A stretch of DNA of 64,000 bases from contig OY969585.1 in the NCBI GenBank assembly GCA_963701295.1, forward strand, positions 1,408,001 through 1,472,000. The letters are read 5' to 3'. The stretch comes from Ignavibacteriota bacterium. Lineage in GTDB: Bacteria; Bacteroidota; Ignavibacteria; UBA10030. Both the position numbers and the translations under genes were made by a program. Of the stretch, positions 40,192-50,705 are shown piece by piece. The notes under the pieces were generated by a model. That model was not told where the DNA came from and searched no databases. It worked only from the letters and a program-made list of their open reading frames with translations. How positions within the stretch are numbered: position 1 is the stretch's first letter; the number at the start of each line of letters is the position of its first letter.

Positions 40192-42834
40192 TTAAGTTGT
40201 GGTTGATGGTACTAGTTCCGATTCAGACAGACTTCGAATGGTTGTGAGGATTTCTTGTTTCGCTTGCTCTCTTCGCTCCGGATTATCAAGTTTCTTTCCC
40301 TCGTTATCCAGCAAATAGAACGAATCAACGATACCGTCGACGCGCGTGGAAATCTTTGCGAATGTAATGTTGAGTCCAAGTCGTGATATCGTTTCTGTGA
40401 GACGATAGAGAAAGCCGAGTGTGTCCGGTGCATATACGTCAATAATAGTGAACTTTGGGTGATCCTCAAACTTTACATCGCAACGAACATTCAGATTCAT
40501 TGGTTGGGTGCGGCGTTTCCATCGCATTCGGTGGCGTTCCATCAGCTTTGAAATTTCAGTACGGCCTTCTGAAACTTCTTTGATATTGCGAGAAATTTGA
40601 CCGCACAATTCTTCCGAAAGAGGGATATGCGAGACAAATTCCACTACCCGGAACTTGTCTATGACGATGCCATCGCGTCTTGTGAAAACCTGCGCATCAA
40701 AAATGTTTGCATCATTTGCTGTCAGTACAGCACAAAACTTGGAAAGTACACCGGGAGAATCGCGGGAGATAAATGTGACTTCAGTGAAATTGCCGGATTG
40801 CTGAAAAAGTGCTGTGACCTGATCATGCGTACGGATGATCTGAAGATGTTCGGCAATCTCTTCGGGCTTGAACGTCGCAAGGTATGATGTATCTGAAAAG
40901 AGTGCAAGGTGTGTATCTACTTCTTCGGGAGGGAATTCTGGAATAAGGCTCCGAAGAATATCTGCGCGTGTCGCTTCTGCCTGCTGCACGGAGCGTTCGT
41001 GAACCTGCTCGCTTGTCATCCGTTCTTCCATGATATTCCGGGCTTTTCGATATAATTCCCAAAGAAGAAGTTCTTTCCATTCTGTCCAGACGTTCTTATT
41101 CACTGCTGAAAGATCGGCATAGGTCAATACGTATAAATAATCGAGTTGTTCTATCCGTTCGAACATGCGTGCGAAATCGACAATGGTTTGCGGATCGTTG
41201 AGGTTGCGCCGGAATGCGATCTGTTCCATGAGAAGATGATGACGGACAAGGAATGAGACGTCATCGATGAGATCATCGTACATAATACGTTGGAGGAATC
41301 GCCGGGCAATCGGTATTCCTTTGATTTCATGTTTTCCAAGGAGGGAAGGCTTTGCAATATCATGAAACAAACAGGCAAGATACAATGTGTCTCTTCGAGA
41401 CAGGGAACGAAATACGTTCCCAAAAGAGGAAGGAGACTGTTCTAGTGCTTCAGCATTGGCGAGAACAATCAATGTGTGTTCATCGGCAGTATAAAAATGA
41501 TATTGGTTATGCTGGAAGAATGATACCATTGGTTTCCATTCCGGTATCCATCGTTCGAGTAACCCAAGATCATTCATTTTGTGAAGCGCATTGGCTACTC
41601 CATTCGGTCGATGGAGAAGAAGCCGGAAGAGATTTGTTTCTGTTTGCGATTTCAAAGGTCTCATGGAATGCAAACGCCTATGAATGGCATCTTCTAACGC
41701 GTAAGAAAATTCCACCCGCCGTTCGCTTCTCAGCAAGAACGCGTTGAGGAGAATTTCATTTGTGATATGTATGCTGCGTTTTGCGCAATGAATGCGTCCA
41801 TCACGAAGAATAAATGTGCTGCCGATCTTGGTTGTTTTTGTCTTTGAGGCTTCAGCAGGCCAACGGTGGTTTGCCCAATCAAGGATCCGTGAGCAGAAAA
41901 GAGCTATTGTCTTTGATGCAGTATAGTAGTCCTGCATAAAACGATCGGCTTGCGTTCTTTTCGACCTCGCACGATAGCGCAGATGTGAAGCAATGCGCGG
42001 CTGAAGACCAAATTCAAGCGTATCGTGCAGTGCTTTGGATTGGAAATGCATCTCGTTGCGTACTCGGAGAAGAGTATCGAAGGCAGTTCGTGATTCTGTA
42101 AGAAACGATGAAGTGAATTGTTGTTTGACAAGCGGTGACTTGAGAAGATGAAGAATCGCCGTTTCTGTTGTACGAAGAGTTTTGGGAAGCGGGATCGCAC
42201 CTGTTCCTCGCATCATCCAAAGTGCAGAATGAATATCGCGTAATCCTCCTGCGCTGTTTTTGATATTTGGTTCCAGTAATTTTGAGGAACTTCCATATTT
42301 CTTATGGCGAGTATACTGCATCTCAGACATTCTCTGTACGAATGCAATTCGATTTTCTTCTTGAATTTTCTGTTTCACTACAGTCTGGAATTTTGCGAAT
42401 GTCTCTCGATCACCGCAAACATAACGTGCTTCGATGAGTGACATCCACGACTCCATATCCTTTCCCGCTAGCGCGATGCATTCATGTGTCGTACGAAAAC
42501 TGTGACCGACATCGAGGCCGATATCCAAAAGCCGATGCAGAAATTCCTGTACAGCGGGAGTAGTCTCCTGTTGAAAGCGTTCTTCAGAAATGAGAAACAT
42601 GACATCGGTATCGGAAGAGAAGCATAATTCTTTTCTGCCGTATCCTCCTAACGCAACAATTGTCAGATGCCTCGAATCGTTCTCGAGATGTTGATGAATC
42701 GTTTGGAGAAGTGTATCAAGCCGTAGTGTCAGTGCAAGTGCAACTTGTATTCCTCCAGCGCCGGCTCGGTGCAGTTGAAGAATATCCTGAGTGCTTTTTT
42801 CGTAATTTTTTTTAAGGTGCTGCAGTGTCATCAT
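40192..42834 (-). CDS. glnD: PII uridylyltransferase/uridylyl-removing enzyme
   Basis: ALGGYGRKEL..SDTD, EPNIK...GGLRD, YTADEH, LFHDIAK, two C-terminal ACT domains. Confidence 0.93.
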   Translation of the reverse strand: MMTLQHLKKNYEKSTQDILQLHRAGAGGIQVALALTLRLDTLLQTIHQHLENDSRHLTIVALGGYGRKELCFSSDTDVMFLISEERFQQETTPAVQEFLHRLLDIGLDVGHSFRTTHECIALAGKDMESWMSLIEARYVCGDRETFAKFQTVVKQKIQEENRIAFVQRMSEMQYTRHKKYGSSSKLLEPNIKNSAGGLRDIHSALWMMRGTGAIPLPKTLRTTETAILHLLKSPLVKQQFTSSFLTESRTAFDTLLRVRNEMHFQSKALHDTLEFGLQPRIASHLRYRARSKRTQADRFMQDYYTASKTIALFCSRILDWANHRWPAEASKTKTTKIGSTFILRDGRIHCAKRSIHITNEILLNAFLLRSERRVEFSYALEDAIHRRLHSMRPLKSQTETNLFRLLLHRPNGVANALHKMNDLGLLERWIPEWKPMVSFFQHNQYHFYTADEHTLIVLANAEALEQSPSSFGNVFRSLSRRDTLYLACLFHDIAKPSLLGKHEIKGIPIARRFLQRIMYDDLIDDVSFLVRHHLLMEQIAFRRNLNDPQTIVDFARMFERIEQLDYLYVLTYADLSAVNKNVWTEWKELLLWELYRKARNIMEERMTSEQVHERSVQQAEATRADILRSLIPEFPPEEVDTHLALFSDTSYLATFKPEEIAEHLQIIRTHDQVTALFQQSGNFTEVTFISRDSPGVLSKFCAVLTANDANIFDAQVFTRRDGIVIDKFRVVEFVSHIPLSEELCGQISRNIKEVSEGRTEISKLMERHRMRWKRRTQPMNLNVRCDVKFEDHPKFTIIDVYAPDTLGFLYRLTETISRLGLNITFAKISTRVDGIVDSFYLLDNEGKKLDNPERREQAKQEILTTIRSLSESELVPSTTT

Positions 42835-42864
42835 AGAATCAATATAATCAATGGTGAAGAATGG

Positions 42865-45408
42865 TCAAAACATGAATCCCATCGTTGCATAAAATGCGAT
42901 TTTATCCTCAGAACGTGCGAGAGAGAAATTAGCGATATATTCAGGCTTGATGACGGAGACCCATAGTCCGCCGCCGATGACGTTGTGCCAACGATTGGAG
43001 TGTTCGCTAGCAAGGAATACACGGCCGGTCTCCATAAATGCCGAAATACCTGACCATAATGGAACGATAAAGGGAATCCGTGCTAATTGTGTACGGACTT
43101 CTGCACTGCCAAAGATGGAAGCGTCACCGGAGAAACGTTGGCGCTCGAATCCGCGCAGTGATTCGTTTCCTCCGAGGAATGCTGATTCAAAGAATGGATG
43201 CTCACCCCAAAGCTTTTCACCCACTGTTCGTAATGCAATTGTTATGGATGGAATGTCTTCCAAGGTGAAATAAGTTCGAAGTTCACCTTGCAGTTTATAA
43301 AATGAATGCTCGTTGTCTAAGAAATTTGGCAAGTAAGATATTTCTACAACACTGTACATCCCTTGTATTGGAAGCTTTTTATTGACTCGAGTATCCCTTT
43401 GAACTTGTGCACTGATATTTAAGTAGGTAAGGCTTTTATTATAGAGAGGGAGTTTCAAGGAGTCTAATAAAGTGCCATACTGTGGATTATTATCAATGAG
43501 TTTCAGAGTACTGCCGATTTCAGTGCTCACTTCAGAAAAAAGTGTATAATCGAGTGCGACATGGAAAAAAATCTGCCGCTGATCCACTTTATAGAATGCG
43601 GCGTCGGCAAGTGATTGGCTGAACTTTGTTTCATTCCCGAGCCCAAAGAAGTTCGAGAGGTCAAGTTGTGATGCATGGAACTGGAGAAATGTGCGGACAC
43701 CACGGAACCAATCTCGGAATTCTCCGGTGGCGTCAAGTCGGTACCGATTGGTTCGGGTTGCCAATCCGGCGCGTACGCTCATTTGTTGTGTATAAGGTTC
43801 CATATGATATTCATATTGCGTATACACCGGTCCTCCACCAATAAAGAGACCGTCGTCCGGATTGATATCGAACCACGGACTAAAACTCCATTCGCTGCCC
43901 CAGTCGCGATGCGAAAAGCACATCGTTTTGTTCCGGTCATCTACAACATTCCTTGATTGATCATGAATAATTTGAATGTCGCTGTGTGTCGTTATGTGAT
44001 ATTCCGGATCACTCGTATAATAGATCGTTCCACGTGACGAAAGTGGATTAAGAGAGGCAAACAAATTTCTACTCTTGGTCTTGTCTATGAGTTCATTTTT
44101 TCCGTCGCCGCCATCAATAATGATTTTGATAGTACTGCTTTCTTCGCCTTCAAGAGCGATGATGTCATTGCCGCCAAGTAACAGGATTCGAATTTCTTCA
44201 GTGTAATCATCATGAAATAATCTTTGAAAGAGTTGTGTTCGCGTTGTATCCTCTCGATCGAATATTGTTACAGATACGATGTGTCGTCCTATTCGGTGTA
44301 TCTCTGCGCGTTCTGCTTTGTTGCTGCCATGCACTTCTACGTTCGCCGACAACAGCTTATAAAATTCCTCAGCAGCTTTCGGTAATTGTGCTCGTCGCGA
44401 TTGAAGAAGATGAAAAAGCTTTGTTCCTTCTTTTTCAAAAATTGAAATAGGAAGTCGTCTTAGAGCTTGCATGAGAACTGAATCAGAAAGTTGGGTTTGG
44501 ATCCAAAGCGCCAGCGAGTCCCATGTTTGCTTGGTAAAGGAGACCAGAAGTCTTCTATCAAGAGATCGTCCTGTGAGCGTGAGATTCTCGACGCCGGAAA
44601 TATTCTCGCCGCAATGTTCTAACTCAGGAAGAGCCATATCTGCGATAGTGGGAAGGATGCCGTTCAGCCGGACAAAAGCCTGCTGATGATTGAGTGGTAC
44701 AGGTTTCCAGATGATCCGACCATTCCTATAAACACTGACCCATTGCCATTGATCTGCCGAACGATTCCATTCACCGAGGAGAATATCAATGAAGCGGGCT
44801 TTTAAATATTGGAGCTCATCAATGCAGGCGCGATTATCCCCTTCCAGCGAATCCAGCATTTGTAGAGTGCCGACAAATTTATATGAAATAGAATCATATT
44901 CATCGAAAGAAATATTACACCATGGTTCTTCAAGAATTCCAAGGTGAGTGTAAACCTGCAAACTTTCTTTCTCAAAGTGTCCTTTTTCGGAAAGTGCAGC
45001 GAGTCTATTCTCTCGATAAGGAAGATTGACAGCACGGAGAATTGGAACGACTATAAGTGGTGCAAACGGATTCAACGCACTGATTTGATCAATCACAATA
45101 TTTCTCGGCAGTAACTCTGCGAGCTCGGGTGGGAGCGATACTGCTGAATCCGGTTTGAATGGAGTGAAAGAATATTCTTTACTAATGGATTCGTCTGAAT
45201 GAATAATTCCTACACGCACCGGAGTTGCCCAGACATCACGCCAGAGCGATCCGAAAAGAAATCGATGAAGTCCGCTTGCCTGGAAATTTGGATTGGCGGC
45301 GAGTGTGATACTGTCGCTTATGGAAAAAGAAGTATGGGTTTGTGCAGTTGCATTTTGTAAAGTTAAGAACGCCAGAATTGGAAAGAGAATATTCAATCTG
45401 AGCATCAA
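42865..45408 (-). CDS. Large Omp85-family outer membrane protein with extended N-terminal domain
   Basis: Signal peptide; NPDDG barrel start, DTR, LGG.ESLRGF...RFSG, GRVF, terminal GFMF. Confidence 0.8.
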   Translation of the reverse strand: MMLRLNILFPILAFLTLQNATAQTHTSFSISDSITLAANPNFQASGLHRFLFGSLWRDVWATPVRVGIIHSDESISKEYSFTPFKPDSAVSLPPELAELLPRNIVIDQISALNPFAPLIVVPILRAVNLPYRENRLAALSEKGHFEKESLQVYTHLGILEEPWCNISFDEYDSISYKFVGTLQMLDSLEGDNRACIDELQYLKARFIDILLGEWNRSADQWQWVSVYRNGRIIWKPVPLNHQQAFVRLNGILPTIADMALPELEHCGENISGVENLTLTGRSLDRRLLVSFTKQTWDSLALWIQTQLSDSVLMQALRRLPISIFEKEGTKLFHLLQSRRAQLPKAAEEFYKLLSANVEVHGSNKAERAEIHRIGRHIVSVTIFDREDTTRTQLFQRLFHDDYTEEIRILLLGGNDIIALEGEESSTIKIIIDGGDGKNELIDKTKSRNLFASLNPLSSRGTIYYTSDPEYHITTHSDIQIIHDQSRNVVDDRNKTMCFSHRDWGSEWSFSPWFDINPDDGLFIGGGPVYTQYEYHMEPYTQQMSVRAGLATRTNRYRLDATGEFRDWFRGVRTFLQFHASQLDLSNFFGLGNETKFSQSLADAAFYKVDQRQIFFHVALDYTLFSEVSTEIGSTLKLIDNNPQYGTLLDSLKLPLYNKSLTYLNISAQVQRDTRVNKKLPIQGMYSVVEISYLPNFLDNEHSFYKLQGELRTYFTLEDIPSITIALRTVGEKLWGEHPFFESAFLGGNESLRGFERQRFSGDASIFGSAEVRTQLARIPFIVPLWSGISAFMETGRVFLASEHSNRWHNVIGGGLWVSVIKPEYIANFSLARSEDKIAFYATMGFMF

Positions 45409-45414
45409 TTTACT

Positions 45415-47097
45415 TTAGGTTGTGACTGGTTTCTGTAGTGCAATAATTTCTGCTGCGCGGGATAAAGCTTCATCGAGACTGCCGATGAGATTGTCTTCGC
45501 CAATCGTATCAACAAACTGCGACCGCTGCATCGCGAACAGCGGTTGTGCATGCACACCGACGAGCAGAAGGGCAGTCTTTCCTTTCCGAAGACGTTTTAA
45601 TAAATCTTCCAATGCCTGGAGTCCCGTTGCATCGATTGTGATGACGTTGCGCATTTCAAGAATGAGTACTTTCGGCGCTTTTTCAATGCGCTGGACAGCA
45701 TCACGGAATTGTTCGATGGCACCGAAGAAGAGCGAACCGCTAATAGAAAATACTTCAACACCGGCAGGTACATTCCGTCGTGCTAATGTCGGTTCTTCTT
45801 CTTCTTTTTCTTCATCCTTCAAATCTTTTGTGATAAGGCCGATTTGTGTTGCATTCGACATGCGCTGCAGGAAGAGGAATGCCGCAAATACAACTCCTAC
45901 TTGAATAGCAACGGTCAGATCGATGAACACCGTAAGCAAAAATGTTGATATCAAGACGACAACATCACCCCGTGGTCCGCGAAGGAGTTTCCCAAACGCA
46001 TGCCACTCGCTCATAGTGTAAGCAACATAGATGAGAATGGCGGCGAGTACCGACATGGGAATGAGTGCTGCCCATTTGCCTGCAATAAGAAGAATGAGCA
46101 GAAGAACGACGGAATGAATGATTGCTGAAACTGGTGTACGGCCGCCGTTTCGGATATTCGTCGCAGTGCGCGCGATAGCGCCGGTTGCCGGAATGCCGCC
46201 GAATATTGGCGATAGAATATTGCCGATGCCCTGCGCTATCAATTCCATATTGGAACGGTGCCGCGTGCCGAGCATTCCATCAGCAACGACAGCAGAGAGG
46301 AGCGATTCCAAAGCGGCAAGTAACGCGATTGTGATGGCAGGTGAAAACATCTTGGTTGCTAACTTCCAGCTTATATGTGGAATATGCGGTGAAGGAAAAT
46401 GACTTGGCATACCGCCGAACTGCGATCCGATTGTTTCAACAGGCAGGCGAAAAATCGCAACCACAGCAGTCGCGATAATAAGTGCGATCAATGAACCCGG
46501 AATACGCTTTGTTATACGCGGCCAGAGTATAATAATGAGAAGCGAACCTAACCCGACAATCAAACTTGGAAAGTGAACTGTTGCGATGTTTTCTCCATAT
46601 GCCATCCACTTATCTAAGAACTCAGCGGGGACATCGTCCATCCGCAAGCCAAAGAAATCACGCATTTGCGAGGAGAAAATAATGAGTGCGATTCCGCTGG
46701 TAAATCCGACAACAACAGGATAGGGAATAAATTTTAGGAATACGCCCGCGCGCGCGATACCCATCACGACAAGCATAAGTCCAGCAAGAAATGTGGCGAT
46801 GACTAGACCGTTATAACCGTACTGATGCACAATGCCATAAATAATAACAATAAAAGCTCCGGTTGGACCGCTTACCTGCGCTCGGCTTCCGCCGAATATG
46901 GCAATAAAAAATCCAGCAATGATGGCAGTGTAAAGGCCTTGTTCAGGTTTCACGCCGGATGCGATAGCAAATGCAATCGCCAGCGGCAGCGCAACAATGC
47001 CGACAATAATGCCTGCCGTCAGATCTGAGGTAAAATCTTTTACAGAATACCCTTTACGGAGGATGGAAAAAAGTTTTGGTTCAAGACGCTTATTCAT
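45415..47097 (-). CDS. sulP: SulP/SLC26 anion permease with STAS domain
   Basis: GIVALPLAIAFAIASG, SGPTGAF, GAIARTA, GSLFFG, IDATG. Confidence 0.93.
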   Translation of the reverse strand: MNKRLEPKLFSILRKGYSVKDFTSDLTAGIIVGIVALPLAIAFAIASGVKPEQGLYTAIIAGFFIAIFGGSRAQVSGPTGAFIVIIYGIVHQYGYNGLVIATFLAGLMLVVMGIARAGVFLKFIPYPVVVGFTSGIALIIFSSQMRDFFGLRMDDVPAEFLDKWMAYGENIATVHFPSLIVGLGSLLIIILWPRITKRIPGSLIALIIATAVVAIFRLPVETIGSQFGGMPSHFPSPHIPHISWKLATKMFSPAITIALLAALESLLSAVVADGMLGTRHRSNMELIAQGIGNILSPIFGGIPATGAIARTATNIRNGGRTPVSAIIHSVVLLLILLIAGKWAALIPMSVLAAILIYVAYTMSEWHAFGKLLRGPRGDVVVLISTFLLTVFIDLTVAIQVGVVFAAFLFLQRMSNATQIGLITKDLKDEEKEEEEPTLARRNVPAGVEVFSISGSLFFGAIEQFRDAVQRIEKAPKVLILEMRNVITIDATGLQALEDLLKRLRKGKTALLLVGVHAQPLFAMQRSQFVDTIGEDNLIGSLDEALSRAAEIIALQKPVTT

Positions 47098-47310
47098 AAT
47101 AGTAACTTTGCAAACTTTCTAAAAATCAATTTCTGGGAATGAAACAACTAGTTTATGATTACTCAATACTTCTTAAAAATACGGAATTCTTTCGGCTTTA
47201 TCATCAGCTAAAAAATGAAAAGGTTTTCATTTCCCGAAGGCAATTATTCCAAAAAATCCGTACGTTATCACTACGAAAAAAATAAAATTATATCTAAAGG
47301 AATTAATGTT

Positions 47311-48867
47311 ATGGCATTGAAACCTTTTAAGAATGAGCCGCCGACCGATTTCTCCAAACCGGTTAATCGAAAAGCGTTGGAAAAAGCGCTCGCCAAAGTC
47401 AAGGCTATGCTTGGAAAGCAATATCCGCTTGGCATCGGTGAGGAAGAAATTTTCACTGATGATAAACTGAAATCCATTAATCCCTCGCGGCCGAGCGAAG
47501 TAGTTGGAGTATTTTCTAAGGCAAATCCGGAGCTAGCAAATAAAGCTATTGAGACTGCGGCTGCAAAGTTCGATGAATGGAAGTGGGTCGATCCGAAAAA
47601 GCGTGCAGACTATCTCTTCAAAGCGGCGAAGCTCATGCGGCAAAGAAAACACGAATTCAGTGCGGTAATGATCTATGAAGTCGGCAAGACCTGGCCCGAA
47701 GCCGATGCAGATACAGCTGAGGCGATCGATTTTCTTGAGTTTTACGCCCGCGAAATGCTTCGCTTTGCGGCAAAGCAGCCGATCACAAAATTTCCGGATG
47801 AAAAAAATGAATTGTGGTATATCTCGCTCGGTGTTGGGGTTGTTGTGCCGCCCTGGAATTTTGCTCTCGCGATTCTCACTGGCATGACCTCTGCCGCTAT
47901 CGTTACGGGTAATACTGTGGTTTTAAAACCCTCAAGCGATTCTCCATTGACCGGCTGGATGTTCTTTAATCTGATGCGTGAGGTCGGTTTACCGGCTGGT
48001 GTGATCAACTTTGTTACCGGCTCAGGTGCATCGGTCGGTGATATTCTGGTTGGGCATCCAAAGACGCGTTTTGTGTCTTTCACTGGATCGAAGGAAGTCG
48101 GCATACACATTAATGAACTGGCAGCGATAGTGCAGCCTGGGCAAAAATGGTTGAAGCGTGTCGTTATTGAAATGGGCGGGAAAGATTCCATCGTGATCGA
48201 TGATCAAACGGATCTTGAAGCAGCGGCGCAAGCGACGATGGTGTCTGCATTTGGTTTTCAAGGACAGAAATGTTCAGCAGCTTCACGCGTTATTGTGGTA
48301 GAAAAAGTGTATGACAAATTTCTCGATATTCTGAAAACCAAGATTGACAAACTTACAATCGGTGAATCAGATAACCCGGAAAACTATATGGGTCCGGTTG
48401 TTAATAAGAGTTCGGAAGAGAAGATTCTTTCGTATATTTATAATGGAATTCAAGAAGGCGGTTATGTGATTTGTGGCGGGGTCAAAGCAGCGGGAGAAGG
48501 ATATTTCATACAGCCGACCATGATTGCGGTGGTCAATCCAATGGCAACGATTGCGCAGGAAGAAATTTTCGGACCGGTACTTGCGGTTATCAAAGCGAAA
48601 GATTTCGATCACGCACTTGAAATAGCAAACAATACCGAGTTTGGACTTACCGGCGGTGTGTGGACGAGGAACAGAAAGAAAATCGAGAAAGCAAAAAAAG
48701 TGTTCCATGTGGGAAATTTCTATGTGAATCGTAAGATCACCGGAGCGCTCGTTGGTGTGCATCCGTTTGGCGGATTTAATATGTCCGGCACAGATTCAAA
48801 AGCAGGTGGAAGAGATTATTTACTCCTCTTTATGCAGGCAAAAGCATTGTCGGAAAAAGTCAAGTGA
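47311..48867 (+). CDS. pruA: 1-pyrroline-5-carboxylate dehydrogenase (RocA/PruA type)
   Basis: Start at MALKPFKNEP; PWNF, FTGS, EMGGKD, FGFQGQKCSA, EEIFGP, HPFGGFNMSGTDSKAGG. Confidence 0.92.
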   Translation: MALKPFKNEPPTDFSKPVNRKALEKALAKVKAMLGKQYPLGIGEEEIFTDDKLKSINPSRPSEVVGVFSKANPELANKAIETAAAKFDEWKWVDPKKRADYLFKAAKLMRQRKHEFSAVMIYEVGKTWPEADADTAEAIDFLEFYAREMLRFAAKQPITKFPDEKNELWYISLGVGVVVPPWNFALAILTGMTSAAIVTGNTVVLKPSSDSPLTGWMFFNLMREVGLPAGVINFVTGSGASVGDILVGHPKTRFVSFTGSKEVGIHINELAAIVQPGQKWLKRVVIEMGGKDSIVIDDQTDLEAAAQATMVSAFGFQGQKCSAASRVIVVEKVYDKFLDILKTKIDKLTIGESDNPENYMGPVVNKSSEEKILSYIYNGIQEGGYVICGGVKAAGEGYFIQPTMIAVVNPMATIAQEEIFGPVLAVIKAKDFDHALEIANNTEFGLTGGVWTRNRKKIEKAKKVFHVGNFYVNRKITGALVGVHPFGGFNMSGTDSKAGGRDYLLLFMQAKALSEKVK

Positions 48868-48935
48868 AATTGAGAGATTTTGAGATGGTTGATTTGATGA
48901 TTTTCAAATCGAAAATCTACAACCGGATAATATAA

Positions 48936-49445
48936 ATGTCTGAACTAATCAATTGCCATTACTGCGGAGATGAGGTTACAGTTGACAGTGATTTCTGTCC
49001 GCACTGCGGTGTATTGTTTGCCGAAGCTGGAGAAGTTTTTTGTGATGAACATTTGCAGGAATCAGCGATATGTGTCTGTATTATCTGTCGAAAAGTATGC
49101 TGTGAAGATTGTGGAGTGAAAGTTGCCGGGCGCACTTTTTGCCAGGCACATCGCAAAGTAAAAGTGCAAGAGGATTGGGCTGAAGTATTTCGGTCCACTG
49201 AAGTTGCAGATGCAGAATTGGTAAAATCCCTGCTGGAATCGACCGGCCATAAAGTTCTCTGTCAGAATTTTAATTCGATTGGTTTTGTATGGGATGGCGG
49301 CGGCGATTCGCCAATCTCACGCAGCAATATTAATAAACCTGCAAAAGTATTTGTGCCGATTCCGGAATATCTCCAAGCCATAGAAGTTGTATATGATTGG
49401 CGCTCATCACAGGCAGTGATACAGTTTGACGAAACTGGAATGTAG
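48936..49445 (+). CDS. Zinc-ribbon + B-box-like + DUF2007-like protein
   Basis: CHYC...CPHCG, C..H......C..C....C..C........C..H, then [11 protein letters not shown]-type segment ([13 protein letters not shown]). Confidence 0.65.
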   Translation: MSELINCHYCGDEVTVDSDFCPHCGVLFAEAGEVFCDEHLQESAICVCIICRKVCCEDCGVKVAGRTFCQAHRKVKVQEDWAEVFRSTEVADAELVKSLLESTGHKVLCQNFNSIGFVWDGGGDSPISRSNINKPAKVFVPIPEYLQAIEVVYDWRSSQAVIQFDETGM

Positions 49446-49470
49446 TTCAGACAAAGAGACGGTGTCTTTT

Positions 49471-50634
49471 ATGAAAATTCACGAATATCAGGGAAAAGAG
49501 ATTCTTAAAAAATATGGTGTTGCCGTACCAAAAGGAGAAGTTGCCTTCACTATTGATGAGGCAGTGAAAGTAGCCGAAAAAATCGGAGGCAGCGTGTGGG
49601 TTGTGAAAGCACAGATTCATGCCGGCGGCCGCGGCAAGGGCGGCGGTGTGAAGCTTGCATTAAGTTTTGAAGAAGTCCGTGAGCGAGCAGGAGAAATTCT
49701 CGGGATGCGCCTTATTACGCATCAAACTGGTCCGGAAGGGCGTATCGTCCGGCGGATTCTTGTTGAACAGGGGATGAATATTGCGCGTGAGTTGTATGTC
49801 GGAATTACACTTGATCGTCAGCGCACACAAAATGTTGTTATGGTTTCCACGGAAGGCGGAATGGAGATCGAGAAAGTCGCCGCGGAGACTCCGGAGAAGA
49901 TATTAAAAGAAGCAGTTGATCCCGCTTTCGGGTTACAGCAATTTCAAGCACGTTCACTTTGTATTCGGCTCGGCTTAACGGACGATGCATTGAAAAATGG
50001 CGTAAAATTCCTGATGGCTCTCTACAAAACATATGAAGCTTCCGATGCATCGCTGGCGGAAATCAATCCGCTTGTGATTACACAGGAAGGGCATGTCATT
50101 GCACTTGATGCAAAGATCAACTTTGATGATAATGCACTGTTCCGTCATCCGGAGTATGAGAATTTAAGAGATATCGACGAGGAAGACCCGCTGGAAGTCG
50201 AAGCATCAGCTTCAAATCTTAATTATATTAAACTCGATGGAAATGTCGGCTGTATGGTCAATGGAGCCGGACTTGCGATGGCGACGATGGATATTATCAA
50301 GCTTGCCGGTGGGATGCCGGCAAACTTTCTCGATGTCGGCGGCGGTGCAAATGCGCAAACCGTAGAAGCTGGATTCAAGATTATCCTCAAAGATGAGAAT
50401 GTGAAAGCGATTCTCATCAACATTTTCGGTGGGATTGTCCGCTGTGATCGTGTTGCAACGGGTGTGGTTGAAGCGGCAAAGAAAGTTGATGTGCAGATTC
50501 CGATCGTTATTCGTCTTGCCGGAACGAACGCAGAACTAGCTGCAGAGATTCTGCAAAACTCCGGATTGAAATTCTTAGTCGCACGCAATTTAAAAGAAGC
50601 GGCACAGAAAGTAACACGTGCAATTGCGGCGTAA
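49471..50634 (+). CDS. sucC: Succinyl-CoA synthetase beta subunit
   Basis: [55 protein letters not shown]. Confidence 0.97.
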   Translation: MKIHEYQGKEILKKYGVAVPKGEVAFTIDEAVKVAEKIGGSVWVVKAQIHAGGRGKGGGVKLALSFEEVRERAGEILGMRLITHQTGPEGRIVRRILVEQGMNIARELYVGITLDRQRTQNVVMVSTEGGMEIEKVAAETPEKILKEAVDPAFGLQQFQARSLCIRLGLTDDALKNGVKFLMALYKTYEASDASLAEINPLVITQEGHVIALDAKINFDDNALFRHPEYENLRDIDEEDPLEVEASASNLNYIKLDGNVGCMVNGAGLAMATMDIIKLAGGMPANFLDVGGGANAQTVEAGFKIILKDENVKAILINIFGGIVRCDRVATGVVEAAKKVDVQIPIVIRLAGTNAELAAEILQNSGLKFLVARNLKEAAQKVTRAIAA

Positions 50635-50662
50635 AGTGCTCGATTTGATAATCGATTTTCTG

Positions 50663-50702
50663 TTATCTCAATTACTCATATACTCATTATCTCATTGACT
50701 CT
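50663..50702. repeat. Degenerate 8-bp tandem array (NNNNCTCA x5)
   Basis: TTATCTCA ATTACTCA TATACTCA TTATCTCA TTGACTCT immediately before the gatB ATG. Confidence 0.75.
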
Positions 50703-50705
50703 ATA

